NCBI GenBank assembly: GCA_040879785.1
Contig: JBBDJR010000006.1
Span: 130,410-190,409, forward strand
Direction: 5' to 3'
From: Candidatus Pacearchaeota archaeon
GTDB lineage: Archaea > Nanobdellota > Nanobdellia > Pacearchaeales > GW2011-AR1
Length of the DNA: 60,000 bases
This document shows positions 9,093-18,245 of this stretch, piece by piece (within the stretch, counting starts at the first letter, position 1; each line of letters starts with the position of its first letter). The notes under the pieces were generated by a model that did not search any database, had not been told where the DNA came from, and saw nothing but the letters and a program-made list of their open reading frames with translations. Both the position numbers and the translations under genes were made by a program.

Positions 9093-10408
9093 AGTAAAAT
9101 AAAATATCTATAAATGTCAACTGCCGAGTTATTGTCGAATAATCCCTCAACTCCCTTCAGGCCTTCTCCCTCTACATCGTCTGTTTCATTATCTCCCCCT
9201 TCGCCGGAAACATCCTGTTCTTCTGTAGTTTCATTGGATTCATCTTCAATAATGAGATTCAATGCAGCGTCGTCAAGACTGTAAGCCCCATCAAGATGGT
9301 ATTTCTCTCTAATATTGTCATGTTTCCAAAACTTAAGTTTTCCAGGAAAATTCCCTTCTCTTATATCCATTAGCGTCTTTGCGTCCTTGTATTCATCCAT
9401 CTTCTCAGGGAGAGAAATCCCTTCTGATATAATCATAACTTCCGGACGAGATTCCAATTTTACTCCTCCAATAAATTCCATTTCATGGTCGGTAATTATC
9501 GCGGGACTCCCTGTCTCAACAAAACAATATCCCGTTCCGTGAAGACTCTCCTCAACAGGACATTTAATTCCTACTGCCTCGTGATTCTCATCCGAAAAAT
9601 AAAATATTGATACTCCAAACCCGAGATCCTTCAAAAGAAGCGCCATAAGTGAAGACTTCTCTCCACAAATTCCTTGATTGTCAAATAAAACCTCATAAGG
9701 ATATCGTGAATAATCAACCTCTGTCCCTTCAAAATCAATTGTCTCATTAGAAAATCCATAAGGGATGTTCTGGACAATGCTTATTGCTATCCTTGCCTGG
9801 TCTGCCTTGTTTTCGGGAGCAAGATTTTGTATTGATTTAACAAGAGGTAAAATATTTTCTCTTTGGATTTCATCACTAACACTATTCCTTTTAAAATCCG
9901 CCCTGAAAGGAATCTCGGATTCAGAATAAGATATAGACCTCTGAATATCAGAAACATGATTATTAACACCTTCAAAGATAGTAAAATTAAATTCATGCCT
10001 GTTCCCATCAAGGAAATAAGTCAAAGGAATCACTCTAGACCCGTCATTATGCTCTGAAACGCAGAAATCTCCTTCTTTTCTAAACTCAGAACTAGGCTCA
10101 ATCCCGTTACAACCACATAAAGAAGCCTTCTCAGTTAAAATCCCTTCTCCACAATAATAAGGCCTGTCAATAGAACAAGTATCATAAAAAGTTCCGTCGC
10201 CACAAGTAGGAATTTCCTCAAACCTTTCTTCTGACAATGCAATATATGTCGCGAAGAAAGTCAAAATAACGAGAATTAAAAAGATAATTACTATATAAAA
10301 CGGCTTAAAAGAACTCATATTATTTACAGACCCTCCTTTCACAGAGTTTCTACTCACTCTACCCTCCTCAGAAGAATCCTCTTTTTTCTTCGGCATTAAA
10401 AGGAACAA
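8993..10408 (-). CDS. membrane-anchored extracellular protein with Cys-rich region and transglutaminase-like Cys-His core (tentative)
   Basis: N-terminal TM helix (FYIVIIFLILVILTFFATYIAL), a Cys-rich segment and a possible papain/transglutaminase-like core (GICGEKSSLMALLLKDLGF ... ENHEAVGIKC). It has an acidic tail. The last ~33 codons overlap the alaS 3' end antisense, so the true C-terminus is uncertain. Confidence 0.5.
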   Translation of the reverse strand: MFLLMPKKKEDSSEEGRVSRNSVKGGSVNNMSSFKPFYIVIIFLILVILTFFATYIALSEERFEEIPTCGDGTFYDTCSIDRPYYCGEGILTEKASLCGCNGIEPSSEFRKEGDFCVSEHNDGSRVIPLTYFLDGNRHEFNFTIFEGVNNHVSDIQRSISYSESEIPFRADFKRNSVSDEIQRENILPLVKSIQNLAPENKADQARIAISIVQNIPYGFSNETIDFEGTEVDYSRYPYEVLFDNQGICGEKSSLMALLLKDLGFGVSIFYFSDENHEAVGIKCPVEESLHGTGYCFVETGSPAIITDHEMEFIGGVKLESRPEVMIISEGISLPEKMDEYKDAKTLMDIREGNFPGKLKFWKHDNIREKYHLDGAYSLDDAALNLIIEDESNETTEEQDVSGEGGDNETDDVEGEGLKGVEGLFDNNSAVDIYRYFILLQSTTSALILRIPADEDSSLMILNFPISFVFFT

Positions 10409-10438
10409 GAAAAATAATTATAAAAAGTTATCTGTATT

Positions 10439-12946
10439 CTATTCTAAATAAATTCCTGGTTTTCCTGGCTTCACTTTCTTTGATTTGTTTTCCGGATCGT
10501 ACCTTTCTTTATCACTAACAGAATAAACCCTTACATCCAATCCTGAACTTTTCTTAATTAAATCAATTCCTTTTTCAAATCCCTCAATCTCATTAGGCAA
10601 AACATAAATAAAAACGGTCTTGGGATTACTACCTTTACTCCGGACGATTCTCAAAACAGAATTAATATCGTTAATCAAGTTTTCCGTCGCCTGTTCCTGC
10701 TTTTCAAACTTCTCATTAATCTTTTTCTTATCTGCATTGGGCCATTCGGAAACACTTATGAATCCTTTATTACCAATCCCTTCCCACAACTCTTCTGTAA
10801 TATGCGGGCAAAATGGATGTAACAATTTCAAAAACCTCTCAAGAACTTTCTTGTCTATTTCAGAAGGTAAACTCTCAAAGAGTTTCTTTAATTTAATAAT
10901 AGCAAGATTATACTTGATATTTTCCAAATCATTTTCAATCTCAATAATTAACCTGTTTAACTTACTTTCAGTTCTTTCATCGGGCTTTCCTATCTTTACT
11001 TCACTAAAATAATTATATACCTTTTTAATAAATTTATACGAATTCTCGACGCCTCCATCGCTCCAGTTAAAATCACTGTCCGGGCTGGCCACAGAAACAA
11101 TAAACAGCCTAAGAGAATCCGCACCATATTTTTTAATAGTTTCCATAGGATCAACGACGTTACCCAAAGACTTAGACATCTTTCTTCCGTCTTCTCCCTG
11201 AACCATCCCCTGATTAAACAATTTAATAACAGGTTCATCAAAATCAAGCAACCCCAGGTCCCTCAAAAATTTGGTATAGAATCTGATAAAAATAAGGTGC
11301 ATCGTCGCATGCTCTTTTCCCCCTATGTAAAAATCAATAGGACACCAATAATCAGCTTTCTTTGAATCGAAAATCTTCTTATTATTATCAGGATCACAAT
11401 ATCTCAAATAGTACCAACTGCTATTAACAAAAGTGTCCATCGTGTCTGTTTCTCTTCTTGCTTTGCCCCCACATTTAGGACATTTGGTGTTAATCCATTT
11501 CTCATTCGTCTCTAAAGGATTTCCTTTTCCAAAGTCAACTTTATCAGGGAGTTCAACAGGAAAATTTTTCTCAGGCACAGGAACAGAGCCACACTTATCA
11601 CAATTAACTATGGGGATTGGAGTCCCCCAATATCTCTGACGCGAAACCAACCAATCTCTCAATCTATACTGAACTTTCTTCGTTCCTGACTTTTTCTTCT
11701 CCAGAGACTTTCTAATCTCCTCCTTCGCCTTCTGGCTTTCTAATTCATTAAACTCTCCTGAATTAACCAAATAACCTTCACCAGTATAGGCCCTGGCCAA
11801 GCGCCCGTTTCTTTCATAAATCTCATAATCTTTAGGCTCAATTACAACTTTTATAGGTAAGTCATATTTAACAGCAAATTCAAAATCCCTCTGATCGTGT
11901 GCAGGAACAGCCATTACCATTCCCGAACCGTACTCCGCAAGAACAAAATTTCCCGCGTAGATAGGAACCTTATCTTTATTCAATGGATTTATGGCGTAAC
12001 TCCCGGTAAAAACCCCTTCCTTTTCCATCTCGTCATCTCCTTGAGACTTCTCACTCACCGTTTTAACTTTCTTTAAGAATTTCTTAACCTCTTCCTTCCT
12101 ATCATCTGTAACAATCTCCATTAATCTCGAGTGCTGGGCCGAAATAACCATGAAGCTAACTCCAAAAAGAGTGTCTGGTCTCGTCGTGAAAATAGGCCAT
12201 TTCTCCCCGTTAACCTCAAATAGAATCTCTGTCCCGTAAGATTTCCCAATCCAATTCTTCTGTAGTTTCTTAATCAGACTAGGCCACCCCTCCAACTTGG
12301 AAAAATCATTTAACTCCTCAACATAATCTGTAATCTTAAAATACCACTGGTCCAAATGCCTAATCTCTACATCGGTGTCTGCATGATACTCACACCTTCC
12401 GTTATGGACCTGCTCATTAGCCAGAACAGTATTGCATTTTGGGCACCAATTAACAGAAGCCTTCTTCTTATACACAAGACCTTTTTCAAAAAGTTTCAAA
12501 AAAATCCATTGGTCCCACCTAAAATAATCCGGCTCATGTGTTGCAATCATCCTGCTCCAATCATAACTCAAACCAAGAGCATACTGTTGCTTTGAAAAAT
12601 ATTTTATTGATTTCTTCGTATAGTTTTTTGGATGCTCGCCTGCTTTTATTGCAGCGTTTTCAGCAGGTAGACCAAAACTGTCATAACCTGCAGGATAAAG
12701 AACATTCTTTCCTTTCATTCTCCAGAATCTCGATTGGACATCTCCCAAGGTATAATTAAAAGAGTGTCCTATATGTAATCCCGAACCAGAAGGATAAGGA
12801 AACATCTCTAAGCAATAGAACTTTTCTTTCTTTGAATCAGATTTAACCTCAAAGATTTTCTTCTCCTTCCATCTATCCTGCCACTTCTTCTCTATCTTCT
12901 TAAAGTCATAACCTGAATCAACCATTATTAAAACATGGCTTAGCAA
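10439..12946 (-). CDS. leuS: leucyl-tRNA synthetase (bacterial-type architecture)
   Basis: MFPYPSGSGLHIGHSFNYTLGDV (HIGH), AGYDSFGLPAENAA, KMSKSLGNVV, and a CP1 editing insert. The more likely start is MVDSGYDF at 12925. Confidence 0.92.
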   Translation of the reverse strand: MLSHVLIMVDSGYDFKKIEKKWQDRWKEKKIFEVKSDSKKEKFYCLEMFPYPSGSGLHIGHSFNYTLGDVQSRFWRMKGKNVLYPAGYDSFGLPAENAAIKAGEHPKNYTKKSIKYFSKQQYALGLSYDWSRMIATHEPDYFRWDQWIFLKLFEKGLVYKKKASVNWCPKCNTVLANEQVHNGRCEYHADTDVEIRHLDQWYFKITDYVEELNDFSKLEGWPSLIKKLQKNWIGKSYGTEILFEVNGEKWPIFTTRPDTLFGVSFMVISAQHSRLMEIVTDDRKEEVKKFLKKVKTVSEKSQGDDEMEKEGVFTGSYAINPLNKDKVPIYAGNFVLAEYGSGMVMAVPAHDQRDFEFAVKYDLPIKVVIEPKDYEIYERNGRLARAYTGEGYLVNSGEFNELESQKAKEEIRKSLEKKKSGTKKVQYRLRDWLVSRQRYWGTPIPIVNCDKCGSVPVPEKNFPVELPDKVDFGKGNPLETNEKWINTKCPKCGGKARRETDTMDTFVNSSWYYLRYCDPDNNKKIFDSKKADYWCPIDFYIGGKEHATMHLIFIRFYTKFLRDLGLLDFDEPVIKLFNQGMVQGEDGRKMSKSLGNVVDPMETIKKYGADSLRLFIVSVASPDSDFNWSDGGVENSYKFIKKVYNYFSEVKIGKPDERTESKLNRLIIEIENDLENIKYNLAIIKLKKLFESLPSEIDKKVLERFLKLLHPFCPHITEELWEGIGNKGFISVSEWPNADKKKINEKFEKQEQATENLINDINSVLRIVRSKGSNPKTVFIYVLPNEIEGFEKGIDLIKKSSGLDVRVYSVSDKERYDPENKSKKVKPGKPGIYLE

Positions 12947-12977
12947 CTTTTAAATATTATCATAACCAACTATTACC

Positions 12978-13496
12978 ATGAAAAAAATCCAGGGACAAAT
13001 CATAGGGGAAAATGTTTTAACTAATTCTTCAGAAGCATTTTCATTATACAAAAAAAGGCATTTCGGAGAACCGTTAGGAGAAAAAATACAATACTCTCTT
13101 TCAGAAGCTCTTTTCCTCGTTGAAGAAAAAAAGATAGAAACTCTCCAGGGGAAAAAAGCCCTTTCATTTGATGAACTAATGAACAAGGCAAGGAGACAGG
13201 ACAAAAGAATTCATGTTAAATATCCTGTATTTAGAGACTTAAGAAAGAAAGGATATGTAGTAAAGACTGCGCTAAAATTCGGGGCAGATTTCAGAGTCTA
13301 TGAAAAAGGGTCAAAGCCGGGAACAAAACACGCAAAGTGGATTGTTTTCTCTGATCACGAATCAAAAAGAGTTACCTGGCACGAGTTCTCTGCAAAAAAC
13401 CGTGTAGCCCACAGCACAAAAAAAAATCTTCTGCTGGCCATCGTCGACGAAGAAGGTGACGTGAGCTATTATGAAGTAAAGTGGATTAAGCCTTGA
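12978..13496 (+). CDS. endA: tRNA-splicing endonuclease
   Basis: 172 aa with LSEALFLVEEKKIE, VFRDLRKKGYVVKTALKFGADFRVYEKG and HAKWIV. This matches the archaeal EndA catalytic subunit layout. Confidence 0.85.
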   Translation: MKKIQGQIIGENVLTNSSEAFSLYKKRHFGEPLGEKIQYSLSEALFLVEEKKIETLQGKKALSFDELMNKARRQDKRIHVKYPVFRDLRKKGYVVKTALKFGADFRVYEKGSKPGTKHAKWIVFSDHESKRVTWHEFSAKNRVAHSTKKNLLLAIVDEEGDVSYYEVKWIKP

Positions 13497-13524
13497 GTTA
13501 TCACTAAAGAAAGGTCCAAAAGCT

Positions 13525-13536
13525 TTTTATATAATT
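13525..13536 (+). promoter_or_regulatory. TATA-box-like element upstream of the methyltransferase gene (example of the window-wide pattern)
   Basis: TTTTTATATAAT is centred about 23 nt upstream of the ATG at 13553. Similar boxes sit 20-35 nt before the starts at 347, 12978 and 16752. Confidence 0.4.
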
Positions 13537-13552
13537 CTCTACTTTAATATTC

Positions 13553-15154
13553 ATGCAAGAAAGAAAGTTGTCTTTAATTGAAGCAGCAAGGTGGGCTACA
13601 GAATATTTAGGGAGGCCAGTCACCCCTTCAAACATTTCTTACCTAATACAATACGCAAAAATAAGAAAACATCTTGAGAGATTAAACATTCATGTAAGTT
13701 TGGAAGAGTTGAAAGAATATTATGACAAAAATGTCCTGAAAAAACAAAACCAATGGAAACAAAAGTTAGGGGACGACTTAAATTGGAGTCTTTCTTTTGC
13801 CCATTTAAGAGAATCTGATACCACAAAACATGTCCATAGACTACACCCATATAAAGGAAAATTCATTCCTCAGTTAGTAGAATATTTCCTAGATTCTCAT
13901 TTAAACACATTTAAGAAACAAATCTTTTTCAAAGAAGGCGATATAATTCTTGACCCTTTTATGGGTAGTGGTACAACTCTTGTCCAGTCATCTGAATTAG
14001 GTTTACATTCTATAGGCATTGATGTTTCCGATTTTAATTGTTTAATGTCCAAAGTCAAAATAGGAAAACATGATTTAGTTAAGTTGGATAAGATGGCACG
14101 AGATATCTGTTTCAAAACAAGAGAATTCAGCCAAAAAGCATTTGATGATTCTTTTGATAATCAATTAAAAGAAAGATTAAACGAGTTTAATAAAAGTTAT
14201 TTTCCGAATCCTGAATTTAAACGAGATGTTTGGAAAGGCAGAATAAAAAATGAAAAACAATATGGAGAAGAAAAACTCAAACAATTCTTAAAGGAAAATA
14301 AAGATTTTTTTGAAAAGAATGGAACAAAAGATTCTTCAGAATTATTTAGTGAAAAAAAGATGAATAATTTCTTGTATAAGTGGTTTTCTAAGAGAGTTAG
14401 GCAAGAGCTATTTTATTATATAAAATCTTTAGAAAAAATTGAAGATGAAAGATTAAAAGATGCTTTAATGGTTATTTTGAGCAGAACCGCTCGTTCATGT
14501 AGGGCCACAAAACATTCAGACTTGGCTACACTTACAGAGCCACAAATTGGACCTTATTATTGCCCAAAGCATAAAAAAATATGCACTCCAGTAAATTCAA
14601 CAATTAAGCATTTAATAAGATATACTTATGACACTATAAAGAGATTGAAAGAATTTTCACAACTTAAAAAAGATGTTCACTCCGAAGCAATACATGGAGA
14701 CTCAAGAGAAGTAAATATAATTGATGAAATAAAAAAGCAGAATCCTGAATTCGGTAAGATTATTGAAAATAAAAAGATAGATGGAATTTTTACTTCTCCC
14801 CCTTATGTTGGCCAAATAGATTATCACGAACAACATGCTTATTCTTATGAGTTATTTGATATCCAAAGAGAAGACAATAAAGAAATAGGTCCATTATACA
14901 AAGGAAGAGGAAAACAGGCAAGAGATGAATATGTTGAAGGCATAAGCAGAGTTTTAAGAAATATTAGCAGATTTGTAAAAGATGAGGGACATTTTTTCAT
15001 TGTTGCGAATGATAAATATAATCTCTATCCTTTGATTGCAGAGAAAAGCGGTTTGAAGATTATTGATAAATTCAAGAGGCCTGTTTTGAATAGGACTGAG
15101 AAGGACAGACATCCTTATAGTGAGATTATTTTTCATATGAGGAAAAAATTATAA
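13553..15154 (+). CDS. DNA methyltransferase (N4-cytosine or N6-adenine class; SPPY catalytic motif)
   Basis: The SAM-binding motif ILDPFMGSGTTLVQS comes first and the catalytic motif IDGIFTSPPYVGQIDY comes about 270 aa later. The N-terminus is HTH-like. Confidence 0.8.
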   Translation: MQERKLSLIEAARWATEYLGRPVTPSNISYLIQYAKIRKHLERLNIHVSLEELKEYYDKNVLKKQNQWKQKLGDDLNWSLSFAHLRESDTTKHVHRLHPYKGKFIPQLVEYFLDSHLNTFKKQIFFKEGDIILDPFMGSGTTLVQSSELGLHSIGIDVSDFNCLMSKVKIGKHDLVKLDKMARDICFKTREFSQKAFDDSFDNQLKERLNEFNKSYFPNPEFKRDVWKGRIKNEKQYGEEKLKQFLKENKDFFEKNGTKDSSELFSEKKMNNFLYKWFSKRVRQELFYYIKSLEKIEDERLKDALMVILSRTARSCRATKHSDLATLTEPQIGPYYCPKHKKICTPVNSTIKHLIRYTYDTIKRLKEFSQLKKDVHSEAIHGDSREVNIIDEIKKQNPEFGKIIENKKIDGIFTSPPYVGQIDYHEQHAYSYELFDIQREDNKEIGPLYKGRGKQARDEYVEGISRVLRNISRFVKDEGHFFIVANDKYNLYPLIAEKSGLKIIDKFKRPVLNRTEKDRHPYSEIIFHMRKKL

Positions 15155-15895
15155 GTAAATGAAATCATTAACCTCGAATATTTCTTTAAAGAACTTTGGT
15201 TGTTTTCCTCCTTTTTCTGGAGATTTTTGGATAATTTCATAAGTTTTATCTATACTGCTTTTACTAAAATCTGGGAGAGTTTTTATCATGATGTTTACTA
15301 AAACAAATGCAAGAATTGATGAGTTTGAATGCCTTTCAAATCTCCTTTGAATATAAAATTTAAGTAAATTATAATTCTTAGAAGGAACGGATTTATCATT
15401 AACATAATCAAAAAATTCAAAACATCCAATAAAATGTATTCCTTGGGAACCCCTAAATTTATTTCTTGCCTTTCTAAAAAGCCCATCAACTTTATTTAAG
15501 ATATTCTTTGGTGTGGACTTTAATTTAGTCATTTCAACATAGAAATGCTCATTTCCTTTGGATAGCTTTGCCTCTGGAACAAAATTCCCGTTTGGATTAG
15601 AATGCTTTAAAACAATAAAATCTACTTTATTGAGTAGATTATCCAAAACCATTAACTCAAATAAAATATCTTCAAAATTGTTTCTAGATGTTTTAGCATC
15701 CAATACCCATTGTGAAAATCCTTCAATGTCTTCAAATTTTTTGATAAGTTTCTCTATTTTTTCTAAAAGATAATGTGCAGGTTTTGTAGATACTTTTTCT
15801 TTCTCACTTTTTTTAATCCAATTCTTACTTTCAATAGATTCTATTTCTCTATTCAACCATTCTTCTCCTAGATGTTTATTAATATTTTCATACAT
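15149..15895 (-). CDS. hypothetical protein within R-M island (possible nuclease)
   Basis: 248-aa ORF between the methyltransferase and the endonuclease. The segment FVPEAKLSKGNEHFYVEMTKLK is only loosely PD-(D/E)XK-like. Confidence 0.5.
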   Translation of the reverse strand: MYENINKHLGEEWLNREIESIESKNWIKKSEKEKVSTKPAHYLLEKIEKLIKKFEDIEGFSQWVLDAKTSRNNFEDILFELMVLDNLLNKVDFIVLKHSNPNGNFVPEAKLSKGNEHFYVEMTKLKSTPKNILNKVDGLFRKARNKFRGSQGIHFIGCFEFFDYVNDKSVPSKNYNLLKFYIQRRFERHSNSSILAFVLVNIMIKTLPDFSKSSIDKTYEIIQKSPEKGGKQPKFFKEIFEVNDFIYL

Positions 15896-15898
15896 TTT

Positions 15899-16672
15899 CT
15901 AAACACCCATCTTCTCCTCTGCAACTTCTTTAATCTTCTTTTGAATTTTACCCTTAAACTCCTTTCCAACTTCATCAAAGATTTCTAAAAGTTCCTCATA
16001 GGTTCCTTTCCCTCCTAAAAGCTCCCAGAACTTCTCTGCAACAAAGAGTTCATTTTCTTCATCTAAATAGCCCTGAATTGTAAATCTGCTATAAGGTTCT
16101 GGATGATAAGGATTATAAGGAATTGCTAAGATTGTATTTACTTTCTTTTTTCTGAGTGCAATCCATTCTAATAATTTCTGTTTTGATTTGACAAAAACAT
16201 CTATATTGGGTTTTGCTGTTTTTATCTCAATATAGTATTCCTCACCTCCTTTCCTTAAGAATAAATCCGCTCTGACCCTTATTTTTCTTCCGCCATTATT
16301 GTTGCATTCTAAAATTTCCTTTATTTCCTTTTCTTTATCGGATGTTCTCGTTCTGCTTTTTATTTCTTGGAGAATTTGAGAAATTATAGAATTTTCTTCG
16401 TTTGTAATTTCTCCTTCGACATCATGGCCTGTTCTAACTTCATCATAATGCGTTGAAGCTACAATTGCAGAAATTTTCTCATAAACAGACATTCCTAATG
16501 TCGTAGATAATGAATGTATGAATGAATAAGATGCTACCTTTTCAGAGTCTTGCATGAGCTTTACTAAAAAGGGCATAGAGGTTGTTTCCCTTACATATTT
16601 AGACAACTTATCATTTAGCTTTGTTCTTAACAGATTTTTGATTCTGTTTACCTGTTTATCAGTCAAGGTCAT
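15899..16672 (-). CDS. type II restriction endonuclease-like protein (PD-(D/E)XK; resembles TdeIII/MjaII-type enzymes from memory)
   Basis: SMPFLVKLMQDSEKVASYSFIHSLSTTLGMSVYEKI, followed by RADLFLRKGGEEYYIEIKTAKPNIDVFVKSKQKLLEW (D...EIK core). It lies adjacent to a DNA methyltransferase. Confidence 0.6.
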   Translation of the reverse strand: MTLTDKQVNRIKNLLRTKLNDKLSKYVRETTSMPFLVKLMQDSEKVASYSFIHSLSTTLGMSVYEKISAIVASTHYDEVRTGHDVEGEITNEENSIISQILQEIKSRTRTSDKEKEIKEILECNNNGGRKIRVRADLFLRKGGEEYYIEIKTAKPNIDVFVKSKQKLLEWIALRKKKVNTILAIPYNPYHPEPYSRFTIQGYLDEENELFVAEKFWELLGGKGTYEELLEIFDEVGKEFKGKIQKKIKEVAEEKMGV

Positions 16673-16751
16673 ATTCTTATAATCAAGAACGCATTTATAA
16701 ATAATTCGACAAGCACAAAATCTTTATAACCCTCCTATATTTATTCTTCTT

Positions 16752-17651
16752 ATGCCCACTCAAGATACATCCGAAATAAAGAATAAGATAATTTCAACTC
16801 TTAGAAGAAACGGTCCAAGCCTCCCTGTTCATATCGCAAAAAGCATAGAATCAAGCATACTATTTACATCCGCATTTCTTTCAGAACTTCTCTCAGAAAA
16901 AAAAGTGAAAACAAGTAACATGAGGGTAGGTAGCTCGTCGTTATATTTTTTGTCGGGGCAAGAGCATCTGCTTGAAAAATTCTCGCACCATCTAAAAAGT
17001 AAGGAAAAAGAAGCACACGATTTACTAAAAGGAAAAGAGATTCTAAAAGATTCCGAGCAAGAGCCTTCAATAAGAGTTGCCCTCAGAGAAATAAAAGACT
17101 TCGCAATTCCATTCAAAAAAAACGAGGAAATATTCTGGAGATTCTTTAACGTACCTGAGAATAAATCAGAAGAAGAGAAACAGCCCGAAAAGGAAACTGA
17201 AAAAACCGCAAAAGAAACGCCTCATGAAGAAAAACATAAAGAAAAGGAACCAACATCAAACAATTCATTAGATATCTTTGACAAAAAAACCGCAAAGAAA
17301 AAAGTAGTTAAGAAAAAATCGGGGAAAAAGAAAACAAGAACGACCCAAAAAGAAAGTGATTTCTTCAAAAAAATAAAAGAATTCCTGTCAGAAGAATCTA
17401 TTGAGCTCCTGGACATTTTAAACTTCGGGAAAAAAGAAATATTGTTGCGTGTTCGGAAAAACAGCCAAGAGAAAGTCCTTATTGCCTACAACAAAAAAAG
17501 AATCAACGAAAAAGATATACTAAACGCCTCAAAGAAAACAAAAGAATTCGGTCTTCCATACATTATTATTAGCAAAGGAGAGCCATTAAAAAAAACCAGT
17601 GAACTAATTGAGGCATTAAAAAACCTTAATTCAATAGAAAAACTAAAATAA
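16752..17651 (+). CDS. hypothetical protein, N-terminal winged-helix-like domain, Lys-rich linker
   Basis: 299-aa ORF with a wHTH-like N-terminus (IISTLRRNGPSLPVHIAKSIE), a KKTAKKKVVKKKSGKKK linker and a small C-terminal alpha/beta domain. Confidence 0.55.
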   Translation: MPTQDTSEIKNKIISTLRRNGPSLPVHIAKSIESSILFTSAFLSELLSEKKVKTSNMRVGSSSLYFLSGQEHLLEKFSHHLKSKEKEAHDLLKGKEILKDSEQEPSIRVALREIKDFAIPFKKNEEIFWRFFNVPENKSEEEKQPEKETEKTAKETPHEEKHKEKEPTSNNSLDIFDKKTAKKKVVKKKSGKKKTRTTQKESDFFKKIKEFLSEESIELLDILNFGKKEILLRVRKNSQEKVLIAYNKKRINEKDILNASKKTKEFGLPYIIISKGEPLKKTSELIEALKNLNSIEKLK

Positions 17652-17685
17652 CAACGTTTAAAAATAACCTCTTCCAGATTTTAAC

Positions 17686-17889
17686 ATGGGAAAAATAAAA
17701 TCAAAATTAATAAAAAAGACTGCGCAGAGACTCTCGGGCCGAGGAATCGAGTTTAGTGAAGACTTTGAAGAAAACAAAAAGATTCTTGGTAAAAGCATGC
17801 CTAGCAAAAAAATAAGAAACCAGATTGCAGGATTCTTGTCGAGAACAGAAAAACAGAAGAAGAAAGAAGAAGAACTTCTAAAATCCTAA
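17686..17889 (+). CDS. rps17e: 30S ribosomal protein S17e
   Basis: The MGKIKSKLIKKTAQRL... N-terminus and the 67-aa size match S17e. Confidence 0.8.
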   Translation: MGKIKSKLIKKTAQRLSGRGIEFSEDFEENKKILGKSMPSKKIRNQIAGFLSRTEKQKKKEEELLKS

Positions 17890-18122
17890 TTACCTTTCTT
17901 TTTACTCTTCTTATTTTTTAAAAGCATTTTCTTTATCTCTTGTATATCCTTTTTCATTTTCTGTATTTCCTTCTTCTTTTTCCAGTTTATTATAAAATTA
18001 GCAATACTAAAAGCAAGATAAAGAATTATGATTCCCCCCAATGCCTGTATTATCGTAGTTAAAGAATCTAAAGGAACAGTCAGGGTTTCAGCAGCCGCAC
18101 CTACAATAGTCTCGTTCACCAT
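17886..18122 (-). CDS. small membrane protein with basic coiled-coil tail
   Basis: 78 aa, with one TM helix (IIQALGGIIILYLAFSIANFII) followed by a KKKKEIQKMKKDIQEIKK tail. Confidence 0.5.
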   Translation of the reverse strand: MVNETIVGAAAETLTVPLDSLTTIIQALGGIIILYLAFSIANFIINWKKKKEIQKMKKDIQEIKKMLLKNKKSKKKGN

Positions 18123-18172
18123 TTTATTACCTTAAACCTTTTAAACCAAATCCCTTTATTAAATCTATCTTA

Positions 18173-18245
18173 GGCTCCATAGCTCAGTTGGAAGAGCGCG
18201 TCTCTCATGAGGACGAGGTCCCGGGTTCGGTTCCCGGTGGAGCCA
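18173..18245 (+). tRNA. tRNA with CAU anticodon (elongator Met or Ile2)
   Basis: GGCTCCA/TGGAGCC acceptor, GCTC/GAGC D stem, CGTCT/GGACG anticodon stem, loop CTCATGA, CCGGG/CCCGG T stem. The T loop TTCGGTT has G instead of the usual A at position 58. It does not look like an initiator. Confidence 0.85.

Noticed and set aside
18205-18245. Apparent 41-nt coding overlap of the LAGLIDADG ORF with tRNA(CAU).
   Set aside because: I did not treat this as evidence of a functional overlap. The terminal residues (MAPPGTEPGTSSS) are simply the antisense translation of the T arm and acceptor until the first stop. The real C-terminus may still be as annotated, but it carries no recognisable domain.
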